The notes beneath the pieces are model-generated. The model was not told where the DNA came from, made no database searches, and saw only the letters and a program-made list of their open reading frames with translations. A stretch of DNA of 64,000 nucleotides, from the NCBI GenBank assembly GCA_002633005.1, contig NMRA01000711.1:85907-149906 (forward strand). The letters run 5' to 3'. Positions within the stretch are counted from its first letter, which is position 1; every line of letters begins with the position of its first letter. The translations under genes were made by a program, and so were the position numbers. Shown one piece after another: positions 38,801 to 52,000 of the stretch. Source of the DNA: Phoronis australis (taxonomy: Eukaryota > Animalia > Phoronida).

Positions 38801-41800
38801 TTTAAAGGTTTGGGTGATGATTCTTCTAATAGATTGATCTGAACCTGTATCGACACTGTTTCACAAGCACTTTGTCTTTCACATGAAGACCACATCATTC
38901 GGCGTACTTTGGTTTTTCGAATGACTTGAAAAATGAGGTCAGCTTTGCCTTGCCCTTGGATTACGATATGTTGTTGCAGCTTAGCAAACTTTCTTAAAAC
39001 TATTTGTATTCATTGACAGGCACTCTACTATATGTGCATACAATCAAAGATCGTGTTGTAGATGTGTTGGTGAATCATATCAGCCTCTTTTAGCCACTTG
39101 CTAATGGGCAGTTGCCTATTGCCTTAGTATTGGCTTATAGTAGTTAGCATGCTGGCCATTTCAATATGGTAAGCCACTTGAAAGCTAGATTTACCGAGAT
39201 CAAGTTGATTTACATTGATTCGTGCAATTTTCCAGGTCAAACTTAAAAAATGCAAATCATTTGGCCCAGCAGTCGTTATGTAAAACTCTTGAATTCATAA
39301 CTTGAGCATAATTTTGAGTGGCAGTCTGTATATGCGTGGTTATTTGACTGGCATTGTGTGTATGCGTGGTCATTTTTGAACCTTTGGGTTGGCGAGCCCC
39401 AATAATCTCTGGATTGTTTTCTTTTTGAGTCGCTGTTCTTGTTGGTGACGGAAATAGATTCCCATCATGGGAGGACTGTTATGAAGCCGATTGTTTTGAG
39501 CCAGTTAAGTAGGATGAAATGCAGTCCTTACTTGAACCATGACATTAAAGTTAGTTAAATATCAAAAAATCATTATTAGATCTTTGCCACTGCAGTTGAT
39601 AGGCAGTTTGGTCATTTGCAGGTACGTGATGATGGACAGCGTCCTGGTGTGGTGTATCTGGGTCATATTCCGCATGGCTTCTTCGAGCGCCAGATGCGAC
39701 AGTTCTTCTCACAGTTCGGCACCGTTAACAGACTTCGCATCGCCAGAAGCAAAAAGGTTATAACTTGCATATATTAACCTATTTGTTAGGGTAACACATT
39801 TAGGTTAACGCCCACATTTTGATTAACGCCCACATTTGCATAGGTTTACGCCCATATTTAGGCTAGCACCAACATTGGTACAAGTTCAATGCATTTATTC
39901 GCAGACTTAACACAAAAACTCGCCACAGTATGGACAAGGACTTTTGAATATGCTCATGAATTTTGTAATGCTAATTCTAGTTAAGTTTGTGTTTTCTGTT
40001 GAGGAGAACACTGACCCCCAGTTGGCACGTGGCTGTCAGATATTTTTGGCTGCAGACACTCTGTCTGTGGCCAGCCACGTAAACAGAGGTTCACATTTCT
40101 GTTTATCTGATGCGCCGAGTGTTTGATGTACTTAGTCTTAACAATGTGTATCTCCACTACAATCTGCTACGCTCAAATTAGCCACGAAGTTCTGTTTTTT
40201 CCTTTCGATTCTTTGCATCAATGTTTCAGAGCAAATTTTCAATGGCTTCTAATGTTGTAATGAAAGTGTAAGAAGTGTAAGACAAGATGTTGGTGGAAGT
40301 AAATGCGTCCTGCTCAGAAACTGGCTGTGAAAAATCATGTTGTGTGTACACGTTATCTCAAAGGAATGTCCTTAGTTGGTGTGGATACACAAGTTGATTG
40401 GAGAGGATTGCTCCCGTCTTTTTGTAAAAATATTTTATTGGCATAAGCAGCATTACAAGTAACATGACTTAATAAACACACACACGCGCGCGCCTATGGG
40501 GATAACAGCAAAAAGAGAAAAAAGCCAAATAACTAAATGAGCCATAATGGCTCACCTTTCCAAAAAATTTTGTGATTACAATTGTTTAAACATATATTTT
40601 TCAACATCGTAGTAGTTAATAATTTCCATTTTGACAACTTCCAAATTTGGTTGAAGGTTTTTCAGTGTGCTTTTGTTCATGTGTAGTTTCCCAAGACAAA
40701 TTATTAAATTGTATATTTTTGATCCATCAAATATCTCCCCCAAAATATTTATGGGCATTATTTCAAAAGCTTGATCCGTTTTTTTTGACAAATTCATTCC
40801 TTGCTCCTGTCTTGGTCCATGTTCATGTTGTCAGGATGGTTATGGGCAGTCCTTAAACTGTTTTGGATCTTAATAGACTTTCAGATATGGTGACTCCATT
40901 AGGTTTTCATTGTGTGCAATTAATTCTGATGGTAGTTACAGAGCAGGACTCAACATTTGTGTGCAATTGGTCATGTTTTGAAAAGTTAAATAGTGTAATT
41001 TCAGGCCGATAAAGTTATGGATAGGCCCTGACATTGTCACTCAGTTGACTCTTAAAAATTTGAAGAAAGCATTAACAGAAATCCAGGCTGGATATAAGTA
41101 ATGTTAGTCAGACTCACGGCACCTCAATATCTGCTGACATCAGAGCTTATATGTGCATTTCATCGGTTTGAAAACTGACAACAGAAATACTCCATATTTA
41201 TGACTTGATCTCTGTCGTCCATCTTTGTTTCATTATTAAACAATTCTGTCATTGTTTGTAGACCGGCAAGATTAAAGGCTACGCTTTCATTGAGTTCAAG
41301 AGTGATGTGGTGGCGAAGATTGTGGCTGAGACTATGAACAACTACCTCATGTTTCACAGACTGCTCAAGTGTAAGGAACTTATACAAAATGTGCTCGCTC
41401 ATGGAGGAATACCTGACAATGAACAAAGATAGTTTCAATACGTGAATAACTCTTGGAGAATGATAAAAGTAAACATATGGAAATTTCATTATTTGGAAAT
41501 ACATGAAAAGCACATTAAGTGTGGTGATCATGTGAAGACTTCACGCATTCTCTTGTTTGGTAGCAATTATTTGCAAAAATGATTACATGGATATTGTGAG
41601 GAAAATGACTCATGGGAAGTCTACTTACCATTTTGAAATTGGTCCCAATTTGTTGTAAAGGTAATTTAGGTGATTTCAGGGCTTTGAAAGAAATGACGAC
41701 AAGTCATAAATGTTCGGAGGATGGTCTCAAGCAAACTGCCATCTTTTTCTAGTCCAGAAACCAATTCTCATCTGAATAAGGTTCAACTTGAAATCACTTG

Positions 41801-44553
41801 TATCGCCTGCATCAAAAGTTCATTATTTTTGATAGAAGGTGGGTTTATAGCTTCAAGTATAATAATGGAAGACTGCTCTTTGACTCTGGTATTTAGGGGA
41901 TGTCAATTCCATGTTGGGATCTGTGTTGGTAGACTTCTGTGAGGAGATTGCGAATGCATTGACGTTCCTTGGAGCCCATTTCTGTCTGTCTGTCCTTCAG
42001 GTCAGTATGTACCCCCTGAGAAGGTTCATGAGGAGACGTTCAAAGGTTGTGACAGGAAGTTTTCCAAGCCCGTGAGCCATCTGCTGGCCATGCAACGACA
42101 CAACAAGCACCGTGACCCGCTGGCGGAGAAGGCACAGCAGCGCCGACTGCACAAGAAAATGAGTCGCAAGATGAAAACACTTGAACAGTTGGGTGTCAAG
42201 ATGTCACTGTTGGGGGTTAGTATTGGCTATTTCAAATATGGTGCCAGGTATGTTGTTTGGGGTACTGGCGCCAGGTATCCATCGAAAACTCCTTAAAAGC
42301 TGCCAAAAAGCTTCTTGATCCATTGTGGGCACAAGCTTTTACACTTGAAATTGTACTTAACGTTAAAACTTTTGCACAATAGACAAAGTGCATTTTAACA
42401 CATGACATATATGTATTCATGGGCAAAGTTAGCGCGCTGTTTTTCGGTGTTCTCCACTCGATAATTAACTATTCCAACTGCTATGATCCCACTCCATTAC
42501 GAGTTCTGTTTAACACTGAAGAAATTGTGGCGCTCACGTGTACCAAAGTTCATAACATTATCGGTACAACACAAGTCAGTCGGCAATGAGGAACTTGGGT
42601 CAAATTCTTCATCAGAGAAGGAAATGCGTTGACTAACAACTGATTACAAATAACCAATTTAAAGTTTGAAAATTGTAGGTATAATAGGTGGCTATATTAC
42701 TCAAATGTGACAATGACTGACTAGCTGAGCCATATTCACTATGAGACAGTGACTGACTAGCTGAGCCATATTCACTATGAGACAGTGACTGACTAGCTGA
42801 GCCATATTCACTATGAGACGGTGACTGACTAGCTGAGCCATATTCACTATGAGACGGTGACTGACTAGCTGAGCCATATTCACTATGAGACGGTGACTGA
42901 CTAGCTGAGCCATATTCACTATGAGACGGTGACTGACTAGCTGAGCCATATTCACTATGAGACAGTGACTGACTAGGTGAGCCATATTCACTATGAGACA
43001 GTGACTGACTAGCTGAGCCATATTCACTATGAGACAGTGACTGATTAGCTGAGCCATATTTACTGTGCCGGCCACAGGGTGTAAGATTTTATTTGATCAG
43101 TTTTTTTTTACCCACATTGGGGCAATGGCTGTATAATTAGTATACAGCTTTGCACCAAGGCTACGCGGGACGACACTGCAGTAAATTTGTGTTATGAACT
43201 TTTGAAAGCTGACATGGTAGACGACGTGTACACATAAAGTAAACTTCTGTAGAGAGGGGCCTTTACCGAATGAGCTATATAGCTGTATTCCTTAATTTAT
43301 CTCATTGCCTTCACCCACGGTGCAGCCTCAGTGCTGTCAGACGTTAGCCAGTAGGAACTAACAGTGGAAAAAAATCTTTTTTACAAAAATGTGAAAGAAT
43401 AAAAAAGATGTGATTTCTGATATACTGATATAGACTTTATTCATATACTAAATTACATTAACAATGCATGTTTTTGAACTTCTGAATCCGTAAACTGTTA
43501 AGTGTACTAGCACTGCCCTCTTTTGTGGGAATGTTTAGAATAATGGTTGTCCCTTGTATCTGCATTGTGTGCCATGTGTGCTGTGGGTGCACATCAACGC
43601 TCGCGCTTGGCGCGGCTCTTGTTAATAAATTAGAGGCTCTGTGTTCCCTTCATTATCTCAAATGTCTCTTGAAAGTTAAAACAAGTTGTGTTCAATTACT
43701 GTAGACCTTGCTGGGTTATGTACTACACCACTTGCCTTTGTTAATGTGTGGAGTGAAATTTAAGATACCTGTAAATTGAGCCCATTCAATAGTAGTTAGG
43801 TCCTGTAGATCTTGCGATGTTGTGACAGATGCAATGTACTGTAACTTATGGAATACTACATGTGCTTGATTTTGTCGGAAGTATTCAACATTCTTAGCGT
43901 ATGATAAAAATCTACAAGTTTGATTACCTTGTATGCAAGTTTGATTACCTGTTATGCAAGTTTGATTGTCCGGTATGCAAGTTTCTCGAGTTAAAGCCAG
44001 GATGGCTTCTCAAGAATTCTGTATCTAAAGTTGGTCCATCAACTTTTGTTTCCAGCCTGAGACCAGCCAGCAAATGAGTGATAGTGTGATGTCTGGTGAG
44101 TTCCATGTTCTGGATGACGAGGAGGCCAGCGACGATGACATCACGTTTAAGACTCCACCGAACACCATCAAGGCTAGCAAGTTGAAAACACCAGGTATAG
44201 ACTACAAGAAAACACCCCATGGGACGGTGAAAGTGTCAAAGACGCCATTGTCACAGAGAGTGGACATCAAAACGCCCATGTCAAAGCAGACAGGTGGCAA
44301 AACGTCATTGTCGAAGAAAACCAGTGGCAAAACACCGTTGTCGAAGGAAACTGGCATCAAAACACAATTGAAGGACAGTGTGAAAAAGAAAATTGTCTTG
44401 GACAATACCATGAAAACTGTGTGTGTAGACAAAGTGGAGACTCCTGAGCAATTGAAAACAACAGCTCCAAAGGCTAAGGGCAAGAGGAAGAGTGTATCTT
44501 CAGCAGCAGTGACACCTGTTGTGAAATCTGCTAAAAAAGCAAAAAAACAGTAG
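32890..44553 (+). CDS. NIFK: MKI67 FHA domain-interacting nucleolar phosphoprotein (NIFK/Nop15 homologue, RRM; about 349 aa)
   Basis: Exons 32890-32982, 39622-39756, 41262-41370, 42001-42215 and 44056-44553; GT-AG and in frame. [87 protein letters not shown] is characteristic of the family. DDDITFK motif present; AATAAA at 44854. Confidence 0.95.
33648..33729 (+). repeat. 82-bp dispersed direct repeat, copy 1
   Basis: TATATAATACTGCAAGGTATGACACTCCCGACTAG... recurs with about ten differences at 37921-38002. Confidence 0.8.
34633..37229. mobile_element. 2.6-kb non-autonomous hAT-like transposon with 5-bp TSD (TACCA) in NIFK intron 1
   Basis: TACCA|CAGGGCTCGAC...GTCGAGCCGTG|TACCA. Repeated CAGGTCGCA/CAGCTCGCA subterminal motifs and an AGGTCGCAwwwTGCGACCT palindrome at both ends. 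No transposase ORF. Confidence 0.85.
36207..36438. mobile_element. MITE nested in the hAT-like element
   Basis: TIR ATGCGCGCACCCAG / CTGGGTGCGCCCAT. Flanks CTTTA and ATTTA (4/5 match). Confidence 0.65.
37921..38002 (+). repeat. 82-bp dispersed direct repeat, copy 2
   Basis: Homologous to 33648-33729. Confidence 0.8.
42714..43064. repeat. 36-bp minisatellite, about 10 copies (NIFK intron 4)
   Basis: Unit TGACTGACTAGCTGAGCCATATTCACTATGAGACRG. Confidence 0.95.
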
Positions 44554-45399
44554 TGAAGGGAATCGGTGGACAATAATATCTGGAGACACTTTTGATGTGT
44601 TAAGTTTTAGAAAGTTAAAAGGATTATCCGAGAAATGTGCTTTTGGTTTATTCTGTGTGGTCTTTAATGCAGTCTCGTGTAGTGGTTGCTTATAATGAAC
44701 TGTGACATAGAGAATATGGACACCTCACAACGTTTCTCATTTTCCTACTTTTTAGAGGTATTCGTACCTTTTTCTCAAACTCCTTCCTTTTTCTTTTTTT
44801 TGTCAACTATATTTCTTGAATATAATGAAAGAACATTGAGTTATCAGAACTAAAATAAAATACAGTAACCATCATGGTACACGTAACTATCAAATTTTCA
44901 GACTTTTGGATTTCTCAATATCTTTGACACAAGGAACTCTGGTATTCCAAGAAAGGCATCTTGAATTAAGGTTGTTATATTTGGTCATTTGTTCTTCTTT
45001 CAGTCACTAAATGGACATGATTGAAGGCACTTTGTGTTAGACAGCTTAATAAATAATTGCTCGTAGTCTCTATACAATGTCCTATCTTCAGGCATGCACT
45101 TGTGAACCAACACTAAGAGACATAATGGCAAGCGATAGGTGAAATGAACGTGGAAGTTAAATAAACAAGTGAAATAAATGGTAACAGCAGGTAGAGGGGC
45201 GTACAAGCTGAGAGTGTTATTGTATGACAAGTCTCGCAAGCCTAATGAAACTGGGTCAGTGTGTGGTGCACCCTGGTGAGCTGCTCATTCAGCACAGGTT
45301 TTCGTGACTGATCAATAAAGACTCCAAAATCTGTAACCAAAATGTGCCATTTTTTACATAGCAAATGTTGGTATTGTCTACTATTTCCTAGTTATTTTT

Positions 45400-45760
45400 T
45401 GGCCACGTTGGTGTAAAAATATCTTGAATGAACCTGCCCTGCACCGACAACCAGACAATCTTCGGTAGAGCGAACATACTGTGTGTCCAATGTAATGCGG
45501 TACACGAGAGTGTGGACAATGAGATTCATCCAGATTATGTGAATTGATAAACAACATGGCATTTGGCCACTGGTCGCAACCTTTCGTGACAGGTTGTTTT
45601 TCATGGCAAGGTTTTGGGACTTTATATTGTAATAATAACCAATTACATTCAATTTATCACTAGGTTTGACAACCTTAGCCATATCTTTTACGATCTTCTT
45701 AAGCACATGTTCGGCATTCAGATAATCATTAGACGTATGCTACCTGCTTGCGTGATCATC
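45400..45760 (-). mobile_element. Penelope-like retroelement fragment (RT linker plus GIY-YIG endonuclease, pseudogenised)
   Basis: Across frameshifts the minus strand reads SNDYLNAEHVLKKIVKD...KLNVIGYYYNIKSQNLAMKNNLS, CHVVYQFT, CPHSRVPHYIGHTVCSLYRRLSG. This is the VVY..YIG.T...L.RRL signature of PLE endonucleases. Confidence 0.75.
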
Positions 45761-46776
45761 TGCCTGTGGTCACCGTTTATTTCACTTTTACCTATTGCGT
45801 GATGATGAGACATGTGGTCTTGAAATATAGCAACTATTTTAACTTGTTTATATGTTGTCTCTTGGCGTTTTGCTTCACAACTGTGTGTCTGAAGATAGGT
45901 TTTATAGACTTCTAGTGACTGTATATTAAACCGTCTAACAGAGTGCAGTGGTGCCTTCAGTCAAGTTTGTGTCAATGAAGGGCTGCTACCAATCACTAAA
46001 AAGAGGGGAGAAGATGGAGATTGGGGGATCATTCATATTGACAAAGTACCCCCAGGCTTGAGCCAAAAATTGCCGAGAGACTCCCTGTTGCAGGTGCCAG
46101 GTCTGCTAATTCCCACCCCATTTTGGGGGGGGGGGTAAGAAGACGGCCAATGTACCTCTTGCAGGAATGAGGCCAATGCAGTGGGCCTTTTGCAGGAATG
46201 AAATGACAATTTAGGGGTTTATTGGACACTGTGGGACCTGCACAACTAGCTGAAAATGTACACGCCTGCGGCCATCTTGCCAAGAGTGACCCCCCGGCGA
46301 TTATCTGGAATCATTTGGGTAAATTTTGGTTGATGAAGCTTGTTCAGCTGAATTTTAATTCAGTCGGTTCTCTTTATTTGTATTTACATTGCAAATCCTT
46401 TCCAGATTATGTTTCGAATGGTGAAATATAAGTTTCTGCACATAACACAAATTTAACTTGTAAGGGAAAGCTGATCTTAGTTTGAAAGTGCTATTTGCGT
46501 ACGACCAGTGTAACAACTTAGGGAGACGTTGGTCTTAGTGTTAAAGAGATTGCGTATGACCTGTGTGCAAGTACCCAGGCTGTGAAATCATGCCTTGACA
46601 ACAACAGTATATTGGACTGGTCAATATTTATTGAGAAAACACAAACCCATAATGATGCAAATGTAATACAAAATAAAAACCTGCCCTTTGTTACACCTTT
46701 TTATTATGGTACCCCCACACAACTACTAAACTAAAAGATATGCCCTAATGCAGTCAATACATGTTACTTACCACCA

Positions 46777-46844
46777 CATGGGCGGTGCACCATGGGGGTT
46801 GGGAGCTATAGCCCCCCACTTATTTCAGAGCTGCACCGCCCATG
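46777..46844. mobile_element. 68-bp mini-MITE, 5-bp TSD CACCA
   Basis: CACCA|CATGGGCGGTGCA...TGCACCGCCCATG|CACCA, with a perfect 13-bp TIR. Confidence 0.85.
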
Positions 46845-48816
46845 CACCAACATCTGAGTTTTGCTCGCTCACTATTCAAGTTGTGAGGGACAGATATGCA
46901 TTTTGGGTGACTGGAAACCTCTCTAGTTATGTGGCACCTTAGTGCAATCAGAATCAGTCAAAAATCACACACACATTTATTGCAGGTTGGGTTGTAGGAC
47001 GTTCAATTTAGGGAATGTTGAAGTGAGAAACTGCAAAAAGAAAAGAATGGCACACCAATTAGGGAGATGTATTGATAAAACCTCTTAACTTTAACTGAAT
47101 GTAGCGCGAGTTACAGGTTGGAATAAAACCAATTATTAGCAAGACTGTAAGAATAACATCGCATCGCATTGGTTAACACTCAACAATATAATATTCAGTT
47201 GGAATTATATCTATTGTATACTGCACAGGGTCATGTCATGGCAACAAACTTAAAAGCAGCGAAACGAGCCAGGTGGCAGGCCTGCAATGTTTTTTGGTTT
47301 GACTACAGGAACTAACATGGGGCTGCAGGAGTACTGCAGAACCAGATTAATAGCACAGTACGGACACTTTTCGCATGGCTTACGAAAAAAAAATTACGAC
47401 CAAGGACATTATACTCTGTTGGCAAGATTTCTACTGTGCAAGTCGTAAAACTTGAAACATTGGCAGCAGCAAGGTACACTCTTTGAAAAAACAGCCATTC
47501 TTGTGCAAACTGGTACTATCGAATACATCTACTGAATCGTTTGTCAACCCTGTTATTAGGAAAGCATTTACAAAGTGGAATGTATGATAGGACATCAAGA
47601 CTTGTACTTTCACCTTAGTCTCCACTGACAGAGATAAGGTGACACAGTGGTCAATCAAATAGTAACCATAACAACAACACCAGAACAACAGACGGAATGC
47701 TTTCAAAGATAAAATAAATCTTGGATAATCACTTCCTTAAGAATTTTCAGTTAAAATTTTGCTTATCCATACTGTTATGACAATATATTAGTATTATACA
47801 AAAATAAAAGACTAGATGTATAAATAACCACAAACAACTATCCCATTCAGTGGGTAGATTCTTTTTAGCAGACAAAAACTGAAGAACCAGTGTACGTTTT
47901 CTTATCCATCCACTCTCAAACTCTGTGGACATTAATTACAAAAGTATGTTGAGAAACAATTAATGGCCCATGGTCCAACAGAAAATTAGTTTGAGAATGG
48001 ACACTGATGAGAGGGTCCAGAGCGTACACTGGTACTGTCTGCAAAAAGAACCCGACCGTTCAATGAATCTAACACACAGATGAAATTATTAAGTAAACCA
48101 AAGACATTTGCATAGCTTTTTTTGAAATGCCTAGTCATAGCAAATGGCAACTTTTGCACAACCATATGCTTTAAGCATACCCCACGTCGCAACATTGGTA
48201 GCGATTAGTTACAGCCAACACTGAAAAGCTATCTAGAACATAAATCAACATAAATTAATTAATGAAGCTCCAATTCAAAGTCTATATCTGTCAATGTTAA
48301 ACTCTTCAATGCAGCGCTTTGAGTTTAAAGGCATTACCAGGTTTAACCACTCTTGAATTACTGTCATGTGCGACTGTAACTAAAGTCGCAAAGCCACAAG
48401 AACCATGTTTGAATATACATGTTTAGGGTTGACCAAACACAATAAAGCCAGGTGTTTTATTGTGTGGCTGATGGTTTCCATGTTCTTCACTTGTTCATAA
48501 TAGAATCCCGTCACAGTAAAGAATGCTACGAAACTGATTTTATGAGTCAGAGTAAAAGGCCTCAGTTGATTTTTAGCCAGCTAAATAGGATGCCAAAATG
48601 CAGCTCCTAAATAACCCATAAGGACAACTTGAAAACCCCAAAGCAAACAAAATATCTGGATTTCCATCCAGTTCTATACACTCATATCTACACTTAACAC
48701 TTTAGTCACATCACTTGTACACAGTAGTTGAGTCTACTTGTCACTGTCAAGTGAAGTTGATAACTGGGTAAGATATTTCTGAGATTCACGTACGTTCACA
48801 TCGTATTCATGTCTGT

Positions 48817-48900
48817 GCAATCAACTGACCACCAGGTATATCTATGGCAATCAACTGACCACCAGGTATATCTATGCAATCAACTGACCACCCGGTATAT
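48817..48900. repeat. About 29-bp tandem repeat, 3 copies
   Basis: Unit GCAATCAACTGACCACCAGGTATATCTAT. Confidence 0.85.
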
Positions 48901-49098
48901 GATATGTATGTTAACGTACAACAATTGAGGAATGTTTAAGTAAACTTTAAAGTTGAATAAATAAAACATCAAATGTATTTGATTGTTTTAGCATCTTAAC
49001 ACTTAGCATGAGTAGAGAAAAGAATGAATTCATATCATGATCAGCAGGAGTAGACATCAGCCTACTTACACTATAAATTAGCACCAAAAACTAGGAAC

Positions 49099-52000
49099 TT
49101 ACTTCCTGTTTGCCGTGCTGTGTATCAGGAAACAGTATAGTTGGTTTAATTTTGTAACACTTTTAACCTCGTGGAAGTTAAAATCTTCGTAAAAACCGAA
49201 CAAAGTCTCTTTGTTTTCAACAGACAGTAGCTGTCGACTAGTTCTGGACATGCGATTTTTCTCACTGTTGCTAATGGCCAACGTCCCAGCTTGAAGCTTT
49301 TGCTGCTGAGGCTTGGTGTCTTGGGAGCTTGATACAAGTTTATTCTGTACAACGGGTCTTAACTGCTGACTTGCTGAAGAAGGTAGTGCTTGCTCTTTTC
49401 CCTGGGACACATTTTGCCTGGACGCCATAGACGGCTTGATTACTTCCTTTCCCTGTTGGTCATCAGAGGCACCTTGCTTTGTCTTTGTCGCCTGGCCCAG
49501 AGAGGCACCTTGCTTTGTCACTTGGTCATAAGAAAGACCTCGCTTTACTGCTTGGTCCCGAGAGGCAAGCTCCTTTCTCTCTCCATCCTGGTAGACAGGT
49601 TGCTTTACACCCAGACTTTTAGAAGCACCTTGCGGTACTCCCCGACTCTGAGAGGCACTTTGCGGTACACCCTGACCCTGAGAGGCACCTTGGAGTACTT
49701 TCCGACCCTGATTAATATCTTGCTTTACTGCCCTGTCCTCAGAAACAACTTGCTTTTTCCCTACATTCTGGTAGATAATTTGCTGGCGTGACTGAGATGG
49801 TGGGAGTTGTTTCCCCTGTGCACCAGCCACACCTTGCTGTTTGTACTGAGTGTTGTCTTGGTTTTGACCAATCACTCCATTCTGCCCCTTGCCCATCTCC
49901 CTTTGCCGAGACATCTGCTGACGTGAGCCAGTATTTGACACAGGATGTTGCTGCTCTGGGTTGTTTTGGTTTTGTCCTTTTCTTCTGTTTTGTGATGCCA
50001 GCGGGGCCGGTGTAGTTGGCAGTTGGGTAGGCTCACGTTTGTCTACCAGCTTCACTCCAGCGGAGTTCTTATGGTACTGGCACGCAACAGCAATGTAGAA
50101 GTTACTTCTCATCTTGGAGACATCAGAGAACCGAGTTCGAATGTTGACAGTGAGCTCGGCTTGCCTCTGAGGCAGGTAGAGCACACTGAATGGCTGGAAT
50201 GACTTGGCACTATTGGGATCCTTTAATGTGGAGCTGTTGCAGGCGCCATCTGTGGGTAAATTCACCTCAGGTAATGCAGCAGCAGCCTTCTTGTCAATCC
50301 ATATCTTCTCTTTTGGAACTTCAGGGAGCTCCCAATATCTGAAGAGTGTTCCAGAGTTCATGAACAGATAGCCAGACACGCGGTAGTTCATTAGAACTGC
50401 CGTTGTCAAGCATTTGAAGTCCTGTAATGGACCACTGTCATTGGGAATAGTAACAACAGTGCGGTTGAGCTTAGACACAGCCTCAAATGACTTCTCTTCA
50501 ACGCAATAAAGCATTTGGTAAAAATCTCGCCGGTAGAAGGTGTCAAGAGCCTCCAAGTGGCCAGTGTGTGTATTATGCACTCTGACAATAAGCAACACGT
50601 CTTCCATGGACACCTTCGACGCAGAATAAAGTGATGTGTACATATCTGACAAGGCGATTGTACCGATGGCCACTGACAATGTTGGGCATAATTCAGTTAA
50701 CATCAGTGCCTCAAGGGCCACGTGAGAGGTTGAAGGAATCAACTCGTTATGTGTTGTACTTGGAAATGACGTCTTTTGCTCACGGGGATAATAGAGCACT
50801 CTAGTGTTCTCGCATTCTGTAGGAAAGGTACTGTTGACCAGCACCCGTTTGGGAAACTTGTAACCAATTCGGACAAGGTCGCTGACCCAAGCCATGATGA
50901 AACGGACATCAGCCTCGCCCCAAAACTTACTCTCGTGAGTGGCCATGTCACGGGCTAATTTAACAACACAGTCGCGAAATGCCAACGATGGGTCACATGT
51001 CCAGGTTTTGAGAAACTTAACCAGTGCTTCCGTCTTGAAGTAGAGGTCGGGCTCCTCGGACATATCTTTCAAGTAGCTGTGAGCGCTTCTCAGCTGAAAT
51101 GCACTGGGAGGACTATATGCCACACGCTCACCTATCAGCCCCAAGAGGCGTGTCGTGAAGTAACTACGCCATATGTCGGTCACACGGAACGTCACAGTGT
51201 TTGGCAGAAGCAATCCCCAGAAGGCAGCGTAGCGCGAGAGAGTGTTCTGTGAGTTGTACGGGCAATAGACCTGATTGGGTAGTGTGACAGGAGGACTAGC
51301 ATAGTCGAACGTCACGTTGATGATTCGACTCTCGATCTTCCGTGACAGTCGATATACTGCATCCATGTCCGGATCTCCATTGACAACGCCCTGCTGCACG
51401 GCAGGTGGCCTCATGGAACAGAGCTTGTAGTAGTGTGGGATGGGTTTGGAGATGTAGTCAAGTTGGAAACCGCGAGGCCACTGAGATGACTGGCCAAAGT
51501 GTGGATACACATTGAAGTTGAGGATGTTTGTGTCAACGACAAGTCCAGTGTAAGTTGTCGCGTCGGGGTAGAAGCTCCTCATGTTGTCCGTTGGGTGATT
51601 GTCATCGTCTGTCTCATAGATGACTTTGGCACCTCGCTGAAATAATAGACCAGTTGTGATGACTAACTTCATCAATACACCAAGATTCTGCAGTCTATTC
51701 ACACCTAAATCATGGTACTGTGGTGTTTATTTAGAAGATTGCTAATTGGCTACCTCCGTGAACAAGAATGATTTTCTTTTAAGAAATAATTGCACAACTT
51801 TCGGGCTAAAAGGCCTTAAAGAAAAATCACATATCTTTTGCAGCTACAATTAAGAAACTGAATAAAATAAAATTGCCACTTGTGGGCACAGCATCCGTTG
51901 AATCCGCCTAAAAGTCGTCGTCGTTTGTTGTTATCTTCATATATTAATACACTTACTAAATTTAACAAAGTTCCTGCAGTGGGTTTAGGAGATACAGCTA

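Noticed and set aside
42701-43075. 124-aa repeat ORF ([12 protein letters not shown])
   Set aside because: A 36-bp minisatellite in a NIFK intron, on the antisense strand.
48004-48040. CTGATGA as a hammerhead or C/D box
   Set aside because: No stem II or GAAA partner follows.
49390-50015. Plus-strand ORFs over the STELLO last exon
   Set aside because: Antisense shadows of the repetitive coding sequence.
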